A stretch of DNA of 64,000 nt from Azolla caroliniana. Taxonomy: Eukaryota; Plantae; Polypodiophyta. A program made the translations under genes and the position numbers. Location of the stretch: contig JBHGNT010000020.1 in NCBI GenBank assembly GCA_043228905.1, positions 12,896,001 through 12,960,000 of the forward strand, written 5' to 3'. Each line of letters starts with the position of its first letter. The stretch's first letter is position 1. Below, piece by piece: positions 24,801-37,554 of the stretch. A model generated the notes under the pieces. It was given only the letters and a program-made list of their open reading frames with translations, ran no database searches and was not told where the DNA came from.

Positions 24801-27800
24801 GCAAGTTGAACCAAGGGTCCAAGACTATGAATGGATAATTGCCACCTGTACTGTGACATAGACTAGAAGTACACCCGCAATGAGCATCACCATTTTCGTG
24901 TTAACAACTGACCTGCTCACCACAATGATAAAGACGAGTGTGATCAGGATTGTGGATATGGCCATGAGGCCAGCTACTGCTACTCACTGCACCAGGGTAA
25001 TTCTCTTCAGCATTGGCTCAATTCCCCCAAAGAATAACGAACCCCGGTCACATCTCCTGGTCATTGCAGCACTCCTTTCTGAGCCTCATCCCACCCAGAC
25101 ACTTACCTACTATACAACCACTGGGAGCAGCTCGTATGGATCTGTCTAGTAGTTCAGAGCCATACCAGGAAGCCTGACCTGAGCTCTCCTCCACCCCTTA
25201 TATGCCATCATTGCCACAAGATGAGGTATATCAGAAACAAATGCTCTGACTGACCGCTGGATTACAAATGGAAAGAACCTGCACTAACGTCATCAGAAAA
25301 TGCATGGCAGGATCTGTCTGGTGGTTCAGAGCCACACCAAGAAGCTGAACCGAGCTCTCCTCCACCCCATATATGCCATCATTGCCACAAGGTCAGGTAT
25401 ATCAGAAAACAAATGCTCTGACTGACCCCTGGATTACAAATGGAAAGGACCCACTAATAACTTCATCAGCAAATGCATGGCGGATGTGCGACAGGTCACC
25501 AGTCGGCAACAATGGGACAATAGTGAGGACTGCTCCGAGTAGGAATGCATCTGTCAACAAGCACAAAAATGGTTTTGGACGTGAACAACAAGAATATTAA
25601 ACAGATGATCTTAGACACCATGAACAATCGGTGTTCTCTGTGGTAGAATGCAGCACATATCAGACGTAACAGGACCAAATAGCCCATCACCTGTACAGCT
25701 AGTTCAGAAGATCCACTGGAGAAGCCTGATGTGGCCTGTCTGGAACCTCATTTTCTCTTCACTATTATCAACAATGCTCGAAGAGTCTGATGTTTAAAGT
25801 TATAGATTGAAGCCTTAAAAATGTAATTTGAATATTTATTCCACAGGCTTTATCATTTTGCATAACCTTGTGGATGCCATTTGTGACAAGGGTCGATTTA
25901 TTTGGAACTATTCCCATTGTCAAGAGGATTTGGTCCACTTAATTACTGTCAATCCTTAAGTGAGTGGCAGCTATGTTATTTATAATGAGGATATTCTAGC
26001 ATTGAGGGATCGAGGAAATTGACATCAATAACAAACTAGAGGTTGCTTTTAACAACTTAAGGAGAACACTTGATTCTGGCTTAGGATACTTTTACTTGGG
26101 TGTACATTCAATAGATAGTGGGGCATTGAGCTTGAAATTTGATCTCTACTCTTTCACTGATACAGCTTGAATATTGTTTTATTGAGAACATAGAAGCACA
26201 CTTTTGCTTTACACATGACTTCCCCCCATTTCCTCTTTGTATTCATGACAGACAAACATTTGAACTAGCATTAAAACGCCGAGGCGGTCCTTCCCTTGTA
26301 TTTGCTCACTCTCTGGGGAACAATGTTTTTCGTTACTTCTTGGAATGGTTGAAGCTTGAGATTGCCCCAAAACAATATCAACAGTGGCTCGATGATCATA
26401 TACATACTTATTTTGCGGTTGGTCAGTGTTTCTCACTGTGAATGTTATTCTCTAATCATTGATTTAGGATAACTAAGATCTTACAAAATCTACTTATGCC
26501 TCTGCTTCTCCTTTTACGTTTTGGGGATCTAGGAGCACCATTGCTAGGAGCTGTGGAATCCATCAAAGCCACATTGTCTGGTCTAACATTTGGGCTGCCA
26601 ATTTCGGAGGTGACATGCCATTTATGAATACTGAGTAATAATCTTCTTATATAGTTCTAACATAATAATTTCCATTTCACTTGTTTTTTTCTTTTCTTGC
26701 TAATTGTTATTTAGCATCACGATATATAGCCCTTTCAAGTTGTATACTCTGTTTCTGACTTTCACTCATATTAAGACATCTCGTTCGTTCTCCCTCTAGC
26801 GCTTGATTTTATTGTAACTGTGAAGTGTTCTCATTTGTTATGCCTTGATGTAGCTTTGATGCTAAGGAATATGGTTTTTGCATGCACCAAAAAATTTATA
26901 TATGATGGAAAGTTTGACACTTTTCTCATGCATTTGGTTTATGTCTGTTTCTGTATAGATGCCATTTCTGTTTTGTATTAGTGCTTGCTGATTTAAATAT
27001 CTTAACCACTTTCTAATGAAAGAGTAACCTCATTTATTGAATGAATATTTATGAGCTTTGGGTCCAACCATTTAGATGCCTAAGATTAAATCTTTTGTAT
27101 ATATCCTCATGGATGTCTCAGAGGGATGTGCCCAGGTTTCTCTCCTTGGATCAGAAATATGGTAGGCGCAAGGCCTTAGATCATCTTCAAATTCCTATAA
27201 CATTCAAATAAAAGAAAATTATCAAGAAAGAGGAAGATGGAAACTTAATAAGGAAGAACTTGAGAGGAATGAGAAAATCGATAATGATAATGGGCAAACA
27301 TTGAAAGAATTGTTGTTATGGAAAAAGAAATGAGCTACAGTCACATCAGCCTCTTCCCCATATTAATGTGTGTGCAGGTATCACGATGAAGGGTTCTTCT
27401 CTTTGTGTAGTTGAGAAACATCAGTAACTGATACAGACTGCCTCTCTATTGATGGAGAAGATTTTTAAGTCCTATCGGGGCAAGGCCCGCATATCCATGT
27501 GCGCCTTCCACATTGATTGACCTCATTGCTGCAAAATGCGTTGCCCTCCTATCGAGTCAAATTCCTTGCATTGGTTATTTCAACCCCAAATTTTTTCAAA
27601 TTACATTCCAGTTGCTGGTCTAGCATTTTGTCAAAATCTGTAGTACCCTTCAAACAGGTGATCACGCACTACCCAACCATCTAATGTCTTTGCTTTGATT
27701 ACACAAAGAACAGATTCAAGTTTCTGGATTGTATATGCTAAATGCTTCACATCTACTGTAAGCTTCTAATGGTTGTCAATAATATGATCTTCTAGGGAGA

Positions 27801-30800
27801 TTCTCCTCATCTATTGTCAGTTGTGGGTTCACTTAGCATACCTTGTGCTCCACCAATCTGAACGTTTTGAGGGTTTGCTTGATATATTTTGGTTGGGAGA
27901 CTGAATCATCTCTAGTTCTTGGTAGTAGTGTAGCAGTTTGAGATCTACCATCTAGAGCTTCAAATTTATTTGTTGAAAGTTTATCACTATTATTTCTCAG
28001 GACATCATCATCTAATTCGAGGATAACCAGCGTATGCTTCTGACATTTTGCATTGACATACACATACCAGCTGCAGAACTTGTCGATCCACTCACCATAT
28101 TATCTGGACATGCATCTCTATGAACAAATGCCTTCTAGAGCCTATAAACCTGAAAACAACCTGTTTCCTGCTGGTTTCTTTCCACTATAGTCTATGACCA
28201 CACTTCTCCTGAGAGATAGAACTAGGTCGTTGTTTTCAAGCAGCTGGCTAATGGGGTCTATTCGATGATCGAATAACACTTATTAGTTAATGATTGAATA
28301 ACATTTATTAGTCAACGATTGAACAACATTTACTAGTCAATGATGGAATATCATTTTTTTTCTTTTTTAAATAGCATTTTGTTTCATTTGCTATGTGTAT
28401 ATATAATCTCCTAGGAAATAACTTAGAATAGAATCTTGCTTCTTTCATTTTGTTCTGCTATTTAAGCATTGACAAGTTGGGCATGAAAAAAATTGCAGTT
28501 AAATTGTTGTTTTACAGGGAACAGCACGTCTTATGTGCAACTCCTTCAGTTCCTCTATTTGGATGCTTCCTTTTTCAAGGCGTTGTGATGCTAAAAATAA
28601 ATATGGTACCAGGTTTTTGGGTAAGTATGATAAAGATGAGTCAGCTTTTGTATGTGACGAGGAGGAATATTCTGTTGCTTCATCTGGGTGGCCAGTAGAT
28701 GTTGTGAAAGTGGAAGTTCCTGAAAATCTGGGTGAGCATTCAAGTGAGCTGTTGCAGTTCTACTTTTAGTTATTGGATGCTGGATGCTTCTGATTCACTT
28801 CTTTTATAATGTCGCAAGTGACATATTAAATTCTAATTCTAATGCCATTATTTCTCCCATTGACTTTTATGGGAAGGTGCCAACACATTCCCAAATGATG
28901 TGCCGCTTTCGGAGCCCTTTACCAATATAGATTGCTGTCAGACAACCCAGTGGTCTTTTTCTGCTCGTGAGGTAGCAGATGGCACATTCTTTCGTGCTAT
29001 TGGTGATCATGATGTGGATAGTAAACAAGCTCATTATCAATTGGAGAAGTATGTGTCTCTTACATATAGTTTCTTCTTATTGCTTTTATTAAATGGAAAA
29101 ATCCATGTGGGAATTGGCATAAAATGTAAAATGATCACTACTTGTGAAAATTAAACACCTATTTTTGGGATAAGGAAAACTATTTTCTGTGAATAGCAGT
29201 AATGTATACTACTGTGGACTTTTGACCAAACACTGTTCAAAGAATAATACTAGGGCAGCAGGAAAAGAATTCACAAACGTTACGTGAGTGAAGGCAGTTA
29301 TACAGAAGCATTGAAGATTGTCTCAGAACTTGGGCGGAATGATAGAAACCAGGTAGAACTTGAGTGTACCATTTGGTATCTAGACGAAAAGTACTCTTTC
29401 ACCTCTAATGGTATATCAATAGTGGTAGCCTTCAATGGAGGCAAAAGATTCTGAAAATGTAGCTACCAAACAGCGAACAAAATATGTGTGGAAAGTTGTA
29501 GACATTGGTCTTTTCAAGTCTTGAAGTTATTTATTTTCAGTGGTAGACAGTACTTGTCGGATTTCTTGTGGTAGATGGGCTGTTAGATCTGGAGGGATCC
29601 TTATTGTTGCATGTGTGATGACCATGTTCCATAGTTGCAGAGGGGATTTACCCCGTCTTCATGCTTAGAGTTTCTGTATTTTCCTCATGCACGGTGGACA
29701 TGTTTCCAGGTGATGACTTGGTGGTGACCGATAGGCGATGTTAGAGCTATTCTCTGTTATTTTGTGTGAGTTGCATCATACTACGATGAGTGAGTGGGAC
29801 GTTTCCACTGATTCTTGTAGGATATTAAAGGAAAGAAGACAGGCTTTCTTTGTAGCTTGAAGGTGTTCTGGCCTCTTTTTTGTGTTTGCCTTCTGTAGTG
29901 ATACTGGTCATAATGGTTCATTTGCTCCTCTCAGTGGACTGTCCCCACCTAAATATGACCAAAGTGGAAAAGAATAGAGTGATCCGAACTTATATTATTA
30001 ACTTGGAAAACAAGATAACATGGATCAGCCCCAAAATACCACTTTGTACAAAGATGGCCCACTATAAGACACACTTCTTACATACATCGGAGGACAGATT
30101 CATCATCAGGCCACCTTATATGGACATACATCTATCCTATGCGCTGTGTAGTGTGATAGGGCAGCTAAGAACTGCATCACATCAGCTACAGATTGAGGTA
30201 GGCAGATATACACGACTACCTCTAGAAGAGAGAATGTGCCAATTGTATCATCAAGGAGTGGAATCTGAGGAACACTATGTTTGTCATTGTAGTGTCTTTT
30301 ATGAAATCAGAGGGAGATACCATTGCCTCTTTAAACAAGGCTTTGACCCACTATGCAAGGTAATGGAATATGAGGACCAATGATGCCTAGGACTTTCTTG
30401 CTAGAGCTCAAGAGACATCGGGAAAAGTTGTTGAAGAATACAGCCACACAAGCTCATCCACAAAGAACAATCACAACTTTCTTTAGCCCCATCACTCCTA
30501 CTAATCCTACAAGTCCATCACGGGATACACAAATGGGCTCCAGGCCAGGACATAACAAAGGGGTTACAATTGATCGTGCAATAGCAATTTGCCGTGCACG
30601 TAGGTCCCGCCCCCATGGACCACGCCCTCGACACCCTTGTCATCGACAGATAAAAGCCATTATCTCCCGCCATTGTAGGTGCTTCCCTCGCGTCGGAGAC
30701 ATTTCCATTCTGGATTGACCTATGCTAGAGATCTTTCGAAGACAAAAGCTACAATATACCTAACTTGAGAATCTCACATGTGCCAAAAACCAGATTCCCT

Positions 30801-33800
30801 TGTTTCTTCTCTTTTCATCTTATTTACTTTTATATTTACTGTGTAGTATTTATTTTATTTTGATTTGTTCTCAAAGACGAGACAACACTCAAGATGTAAT
30901 CTCTTATTTGGTCTTATAGGCCATTTTGGCCTCTTAAAAGACATTAATATATCTTTCTTTCTTTCTTTCAGTACGATGACAGACATGCCAATTACCTTGG
31001 AATCAACCACATGGAATTTGTGCAGTTAATAAACAGCCTGGTTAACCTATATAAAGTTTACATTTAGTAATTACTCACGACAATTTTATATATTCAAATT
31101 TCAGACAAATCCTAAAAATTTAATAAAAATAGGTTTCTGAATTTGTATCACATATCCAATTCGAAAATTTAAGCTCTGTACCAAAAGCTTCATTATAAAA
31201 CCTTGCACTAGTTGTTGCAGAACCTTTTTTAAGCATGCATGCACGAGATCAGAGAAGCCAGGTGTTTTACAGCGAGTCTTGACGTTTATCTCATCATGAA
31301 GTCTTCTATAACAAATTGAGGGATCTCTAGGTAGGAACAGATTTAGTCTTGAAAACTAGTTATTACTGCATTTTGATTGTTTAAGGATAAGCACTCACTG
31401 AATGAGGGAATGCGTTCTCCACTACTTCTCTACATATTTCATCGTAACCAAACTTGTCATTTTCATATTTTCAATTCAAATGCTGTGCTGGTTGGCAGAT
31501 ATTCAGATTTATAATCATATATTAAAAATGAGTATATCTCATGGCCACTTGCCTTTCATTATGTTTTCTACTATTACTTGAGATTCAAGGGAATTTCTCG
31601 GCTTTTGTTGAGTCCATGTTTAACTCCGTAAGCTGTTGGAGTGGATTATGCTTCTTTCTTAGTATATATATCCAAGTTTCTCTGGTAGATGTTTGAATTT
31701 GGCAATGGTTTGCATCTGTCAGTGCCAATAATCTATCTAGTGAAGCGCAATGATATTGCAACATATGACTAGATGAGTGTGAACACTTGCCCACTTGAGT
31801 ACATTAAAGCTTTTGGTGTGGTGTAATACAATCCAGTTCCAGTTTATTTACTTTTTTTCCAGGTACTTGCTAGGTGATCCAGTTTTAAATCCTTTGACGC
31901 CGTGGGAACGTCCTCAGCTGAAGAGTATATTTTGCATTTATGGAATTGATATGAAGACAGAGGTTATCTTTCATCTTATGGTTAATTAAATTGAGAAAGT
32001 TTCAATCATCTTACCTTATGAGTAGGTGGAATGTATGGTTCTAGCTGACTTCTGTGTGCAGATCATGTGTTATTGACATCTTACAATGTGTAGTTTATTG
32101 ATTCGTGAAATTGCCTGCGAAATTGAGACATTAGAAATACTCATCCTGAAAGAAGTGAGATATTACTTTTGTGTATGTTTTAGTCTGCCAATTTGGCTCA
32201 ACCTGTGAAGGTTTTGAATCGTTTGTGTGGGAATGGTAGTCAATGCCAACAACTAACTTCATGGTGGTTCTTCTTTGCAAAAAAATTATGAAAAATGTCA
32301 ATGCTGAAAAAAATGGTGTTTGTTTTTGGCTGGAAAGAGGAATAAGGTGTACATAGAATGCAGAGAAGGAAATATCATAAGAAAAGAGGATTAAATGAGT
32401 CTCATTATCATGGGTAATCAAATAGGAAAAATGGATAGTTGTAACATGTAAACTGAAAAGGGAAATTTGAAGCCCTGTGCCTATAACAGTGAGAAAAGTT
32501 TACTGTGTGTATGACATAAATAACAATAGTCGTTTGATGTATGTCTCCGTGTTTTCTAGTCTCATTATATGTTTAAAACTTAATGAACAGTTTGAATGCC
32601 ACAGGTTGGATATCACTATGCTCTTAGCGGTAAACCATACCCAGACAGTTGGATTTTGACAGATGTGATTTATGAGAATGGAGGAGGAGTTCTTCAATCA
32701 AGGTTAGGATGAGATGTTACCATTGCATGAATTTTCCACTAAAGACTGTTACAGTTGTTACAACTGCCAATTGTCTTATTGGTAAACATAATCATATGAA
32801 GTGAACCTTATCAATAAAAGATTATAACTGATCTCTAAATTTCAATTTAATGCTTTGACCTCAAATTAAATGAAAATGCTTTGATCTCTAAGTATGTTGA
32901 AGACCTGCAGTTTGCACATGCATTTACTGATGATGTGAGGCTCTAGCTAATACTTTGAATATTGTTAATAAACGATTATAATTTATTCCTAAATTTCAAT
33001 GAATGCGATGACCTCAAATGAAAAGAATATGCATGTTCAGCTTGCCAAATATATTGATAAGGCTTGACATTTATTGATGATGTGAAACTCTAGCTGGGAA
33101 ATTGTTGGCTAGCATGCATATAAAGGGATTTCCTATGGACTTTTATTGTAGAAGATAGCAAATACAATATAATAATGCTATACTATCCTTCATGTCCAAT
33201 AATTTTATTATAACGTCATTTCGAAGTATGTTCATGTAAACACACAAAATGATAGTAATAGTGAATGGTTTTCCAGGTCTGGTGCAACGGTATCGGGAAA
33301 TCCGAGTGCTAGTGGTGGAGATGGGACGGTATAATCCTCTCTATTTGATTTACTATGACTGAACTGAACTAAACAAGATGATTGATTTTCTGTAAGGTGA
33401 ATGTTTGTAATCCATTCCACATTATACTTTCATTTCTCTATTCACATCACCTCTTACTAACAAGCGAAATCCTGCTAGATTGCAAGAACCACTAATTTGG
33501 GCACTGTTTTAGAGGCAAAGGGCTTTCCCATACTAATCATGGTTGTCCTCCAGATTGTTAGTGGGGTATTGGTCAGCCTTTAAATGGATTGGGCACATTT
33601 ACACACATGCATCCATCTTAGCTTTATGCCATGGCCTCCTTGAGGAAGATTTGATTTTATGCTTTGGTTTTATTGGCTTGTTACTGCATCATCACCCAAG
33701 GATACCATTTACTGTATTGCCATGACCTTGGGGAACATTGTTCATTTCCTATATTGGTCAAAATGGCTACGATCTTGGGATACCATTTACTGTATTTCCA

Positions 33801-35849
33801 TGAGCTCCTATATCAAAATGATAAAAGCCATCATTGCCCATCATAACTGTAGGATACTCTACTTTGATCTAGAATAAACAACAAATCACTAGTAACAATT
33901 AATTTTGGACTTTATTTGCTTTCTTTTTATAGAGATCACTAGTAAAGAGTTAAGTTCATCCTTACGATATGTTATTGTCTTGATTAAAGAGTTTCTTTGA
34001 AATAAGATGCGTTTTGTATGGAATACAAGGTATATTTTCTCTAAATAAGGATTATAAATGCTATCGCGCGCATTGTTCTATGTTTTCTGTATTTGTGACA
34101 TTATTTGGGAGTATACTAGAAACTTCCTTTCTCATACGTCAGGTACCATATCATTCTCTTTCTTGGTGCAAAACATGGCTTGGATCTTCGGTCAATATAA
34201 CTCGAACCCCACAAGTACGTGCAAAGGTTAAAACAATATGTTTAGATTATATTTGCAGGGTACAGTACAAAGAATTTCCATAACCTTGGGTGGTTGCTTC
34301 TTTTATGCGAGCTTCTATCCAATTTTGGGTGATTATAAAAAGTAAAATAGGATTTCCAATAAACTGACAGTCGCTGTTACATTGAAAATCCCTGTGGAAA
34401 TTCATGAGGTTAAATAAGATTTCCAATAAGCTGATATTCATGGTTACATTGAAAACCCCTCTGAAAATCCATGATTTACTAATATGTCAAACAAGTTGGA
34501 AATTTCTTGACTATCAACAAGATTATATTATATATATAATACAAATAACTAAAATAAGACTTGTATATTACTGCTTGCTGGATCATCTGGTCTGCTTTTG
34601 TTACATCTATCATGATGTCGATGCTGTCTTACACAATCTACTTGACAATTCATTATGTGGCTACAGCATGCATACAGCGTATCTGATGTGCAAGTATCTT
34701 ATAATTCGGAACATCGGAATGGCAAAGATATAATTCCAAATATGACACGTGATAACAATGTGAAATATGTAACATTCTATGAAGATGGTGAAAGTATACC
34801 TGGCAAGCGTACTGCTGTATGGGAGATCGATAAAGGTGTGTTTCCCATTCTATTCATTGAAATGAACGTGTAAAATATTTAGAGAAATGATAAAATATTC
34901 TTGTGTGCACATGTATAATAAAAATGGTATGCAGTTGACCACAGGAATATTGTTAGATTTCCTGTTCTACTTCGTGAGTTATGGTTAGAGACATCACATG
35001 GATATCATCCTGAAGCAAAACGACATTTTGTCTCGAAAGGTTTGTTTTTCTTCTGCACAAGCCCACTTGATCTCTAATGAAAATAAATGTAATGTAATGT
35101 AATATAGTAGAATAGAAAGTCATGATGAGCCTTTAGAATCATCAAGATGAACTGCCGCAATACAACCAAAAGCAACCCACAAGTGGGATATGGCCAATTT
35201 GGTGAGCCCAAATACCAACTAGGAAGCTAGCATGTGCAATTATCCTCAGAAAGCTAATAATCCATTATGTTTTGGGAGAGTTGTTGGTCCTATGTGTCAA
35301 AGATGTCATATTGCTGATAGAGGCGGATGTGCCTCTCTATGTGGTGAATGCGCTGGTGGCAAAGATGTTGATTTCTGTAGGGGTAGTTCTGATGTTGCCT
35401 TGATGTGATTATCATAGACTCAATAACGTTAATACCTGCAGTGCTTTTTGCTCATAGATAACCTATTTACAGTTGGAAGGTGGTTTTTAGTCATCTTTCT
35501 TAGGTAAACCTATATAAGCTTGGGAAGTGGTTTCATTCACGAAAATATGCAATGCACATGAAAATGATGAAGCTATTTGAGCTAAAATGGCACGCTTTAA
35601 ACAGTAAAACGTGAACCCATCCGAGATGAAGACTGTTTCTGGGATTATTCAAAGGCGCGATGTGGCATGCCTGACAGATGTGAATACAGGTTTGTATGTC
35701 CAAGGGGGTCATATTTACATTACTTTTGATTATTTATATTCATATTTACATTACCTCAATGTTACAGATATGTGTTTGGTGATGTCCATCTGGGCCAGAG
35801 CTGCCGTTTACGGGCTTCCTCAGAGAATATATTCCAACATTATCTCTAG
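21838..35849 (+). CDS. PSAT1: Phospholipid:sterol O-acyltransferase (LCAT family), 15 exons, ~638 aa
   Basis: GT-AG exons: 21838-22077, 22629-22764, 22856-23000, 26252-26421, 26533-26609, 28518-28731, 28877-29048, 31863-31962, 32605-32702, 33277-33328, 34143-34214, 34667-34835, 34935-35039, 35605-35689, 35768-35849 (1917 nt, in frame). Motifs: KLSGVIIPGLASTRLRAW, PYDWRL, AHSLG nucleophile, GDGTVPY, DHRNIVR, C-terminal YVFGDVHLGQSCRL. Confidence 0.93.
23456..25760 (+). mobile_element. Heavily decayed LTR-retroelement gag-like remnant in PSAT1 intron 3
   Basis: KDEDDAKAHLSAFLATWQ-like gag segment near 24370 and a degenerate zinc knuckle CHHCHKMRYIRNKC near 25200, duplicated as a ~175-bp unit. 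Boundaries are approximate. Confidence 0.45.
28266..28350. repeat. Short tandem repeat, ~26 bp x3
   Basis: gattgaataacatttattagtcaa-like units. Confidence 0.7.
29936..30969 (+). mobile_element. 5'-truncated non-LTR retrotransposon (LINE) 3' end in PSAT1 intron 7
   Basis: QLRTASHQLQIEVGRYTRLPLEERMCQLYHQGVESEEHYVCHCSVFYEIR resembles a LINE C-terminal zinc-finger region. It is followed by a 3' UTR ending in (CTTT)n. Confidence 0.75.
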
Positions 35850-35903
35850 TTGTATATATATAATTGTTTTGTTCATTACTCATCCGAGTATGCATTGTAA
35901 CGC

Positions 35904-36107
35904 TAGTTCAATTCTTTGTATGATATGTCATTGTGACATTAATATCTCATTGATATTTATGAGCATTGAGTACACTCATTATTTAAATTACTAATGCAGC
36001 AATAAATTATTAGTTCAATTCTTTGTATGATATGTCATTGTGAAATTAATCTCATTGATATTTATGAGCATTGAGTACATTCATTACGTAAATTACTAAT
36101 GCAGCAA
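35904..36107 (+). repeat. ~100-bp tandem duplication in the PSAT1 3' UTR
   Basis: tagttcaattctttgtatgatatgtcattgtga...ttactaatgcagcaa at 35904 and 36011. Confidence 0.9.
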
Positions 36108-37554
36108 AAAGCCTTCTCATTTTGTACACATACATATTAAATGGCTACATTCACATTGTTTTGTTTTGCTAGAACCATGGATGATTACCAATAAAGACTA
36201 AAGATTCAATCCCCCAAGAAATGTATATTTATGTTTTAACATATTGTTTACATGGATAACAAACATGCAAGTAAGAACATACATGAGAATGACATTAGTA
36301 GTAGGACAAGGAGAATAATGAATAACTTGTTGCAATAGGTTGTTATAGGGTATCACATTAATTTTGGATTCAGTACATCAAAAAAATAATTTATGCATAA
36401 GTAGTCGAGATAAGGTTTAGGGCCAAGTATGTTAATTTTGTTTCATGAAAGTAAATGTATTGATGTGAATTCGGGAGATACAGTTTGCTTAATTGAGATA
36501 GAATTTAAGGATTTACCATTGATCTATTTTTCAATGCAAGTAAATGCATTGATGTGAATTTGGCAGTTAAATGTTGAAGTGCATGTGTGACATATAATGA
36601 TGGTCCCAATTATACAACCTCAATTTTTGTTGTGGATGTGAATATTTAAAGACTTACCATCCAATTGGGATTTTAATGTTTTTGACAGCCATTCTAACTG
36701 AAGTCATGACCAATATGCAATTTTACGAGGTTAAGAGCCTTGAATTCATTGCTTATGATCACTTTCTATGTCAATTGAGCTTCACACAATAATTTTCGCA
36801 AACCCTAAATCCTGAACATAATAGCAGACTGACTGCAAGTATTTGATCCAACATCTTTTGGATTAATGAACTCCCTTTTGTTTCATGGTATGCTAGAATG
36901 TACACATTAAATTTCTAAATATGTCATTCATAGGCAAACCCTAAATCATCAATAATTGTAGGACGAAATTGGATATTTCATGTTTAAGTGGAAATTGTGA
37001 TACTGAACAAATTTGCTATTAGTTTGGATGCATAAACAAATCTTGTTGCCTTTAACAACATTGAAAATTTTGTGGGTTTTCCACCTACTTCTGAAATGTA
37101 GATGGTCTGAAATTTCCATACCTACAAGCATTGATCACTTCAACCAAGCTTAATCAATTGTTTACTTATTGACAAGAAGAGTCTTTCTTGCATGACTGAT
37201 AAAGATTCAGAATAAACAGAGAGGATACTGGGGAGAAGGAATAATATTGCAAGTAACCAAAAGGATACATTCCTTACTATCTTCGTAATGTCTTACTTTC
37301 TCTCATTACTTCGTCGTATGAAGGATTTACACACTCTTCTTGTTTTAGTAATTGAAACTTCTCTTTGAGTGTTAAAAATGAAATGAACTTGGTGTAATAG
37401 CACACCTCTAAATCCAATTATATGATTCTTCCATTGCCAATCATTAGTTTGTAAGTCAACATTCAAATCCCATACTGCCAAAATGTGCTGGCTTGTTCAA
37501 AGTGGATTATCGACATTGTTTAAAATGTGACTTACCATTGAGTAAAGGAGAAAT

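Noticed and set aside
27370-28200. Possible nested gene or pseudogene in PSAT1 intron 5
   Set aside because: It has a splice-acceptor-like site and coding-like composition, but the frames I read contain stops and I could recognise no motif.
35120-35200. Intronic C/D snoRNA (ATGATGA box)
   Set aside because: No suitably placed CTGA box or terminal stem was found.
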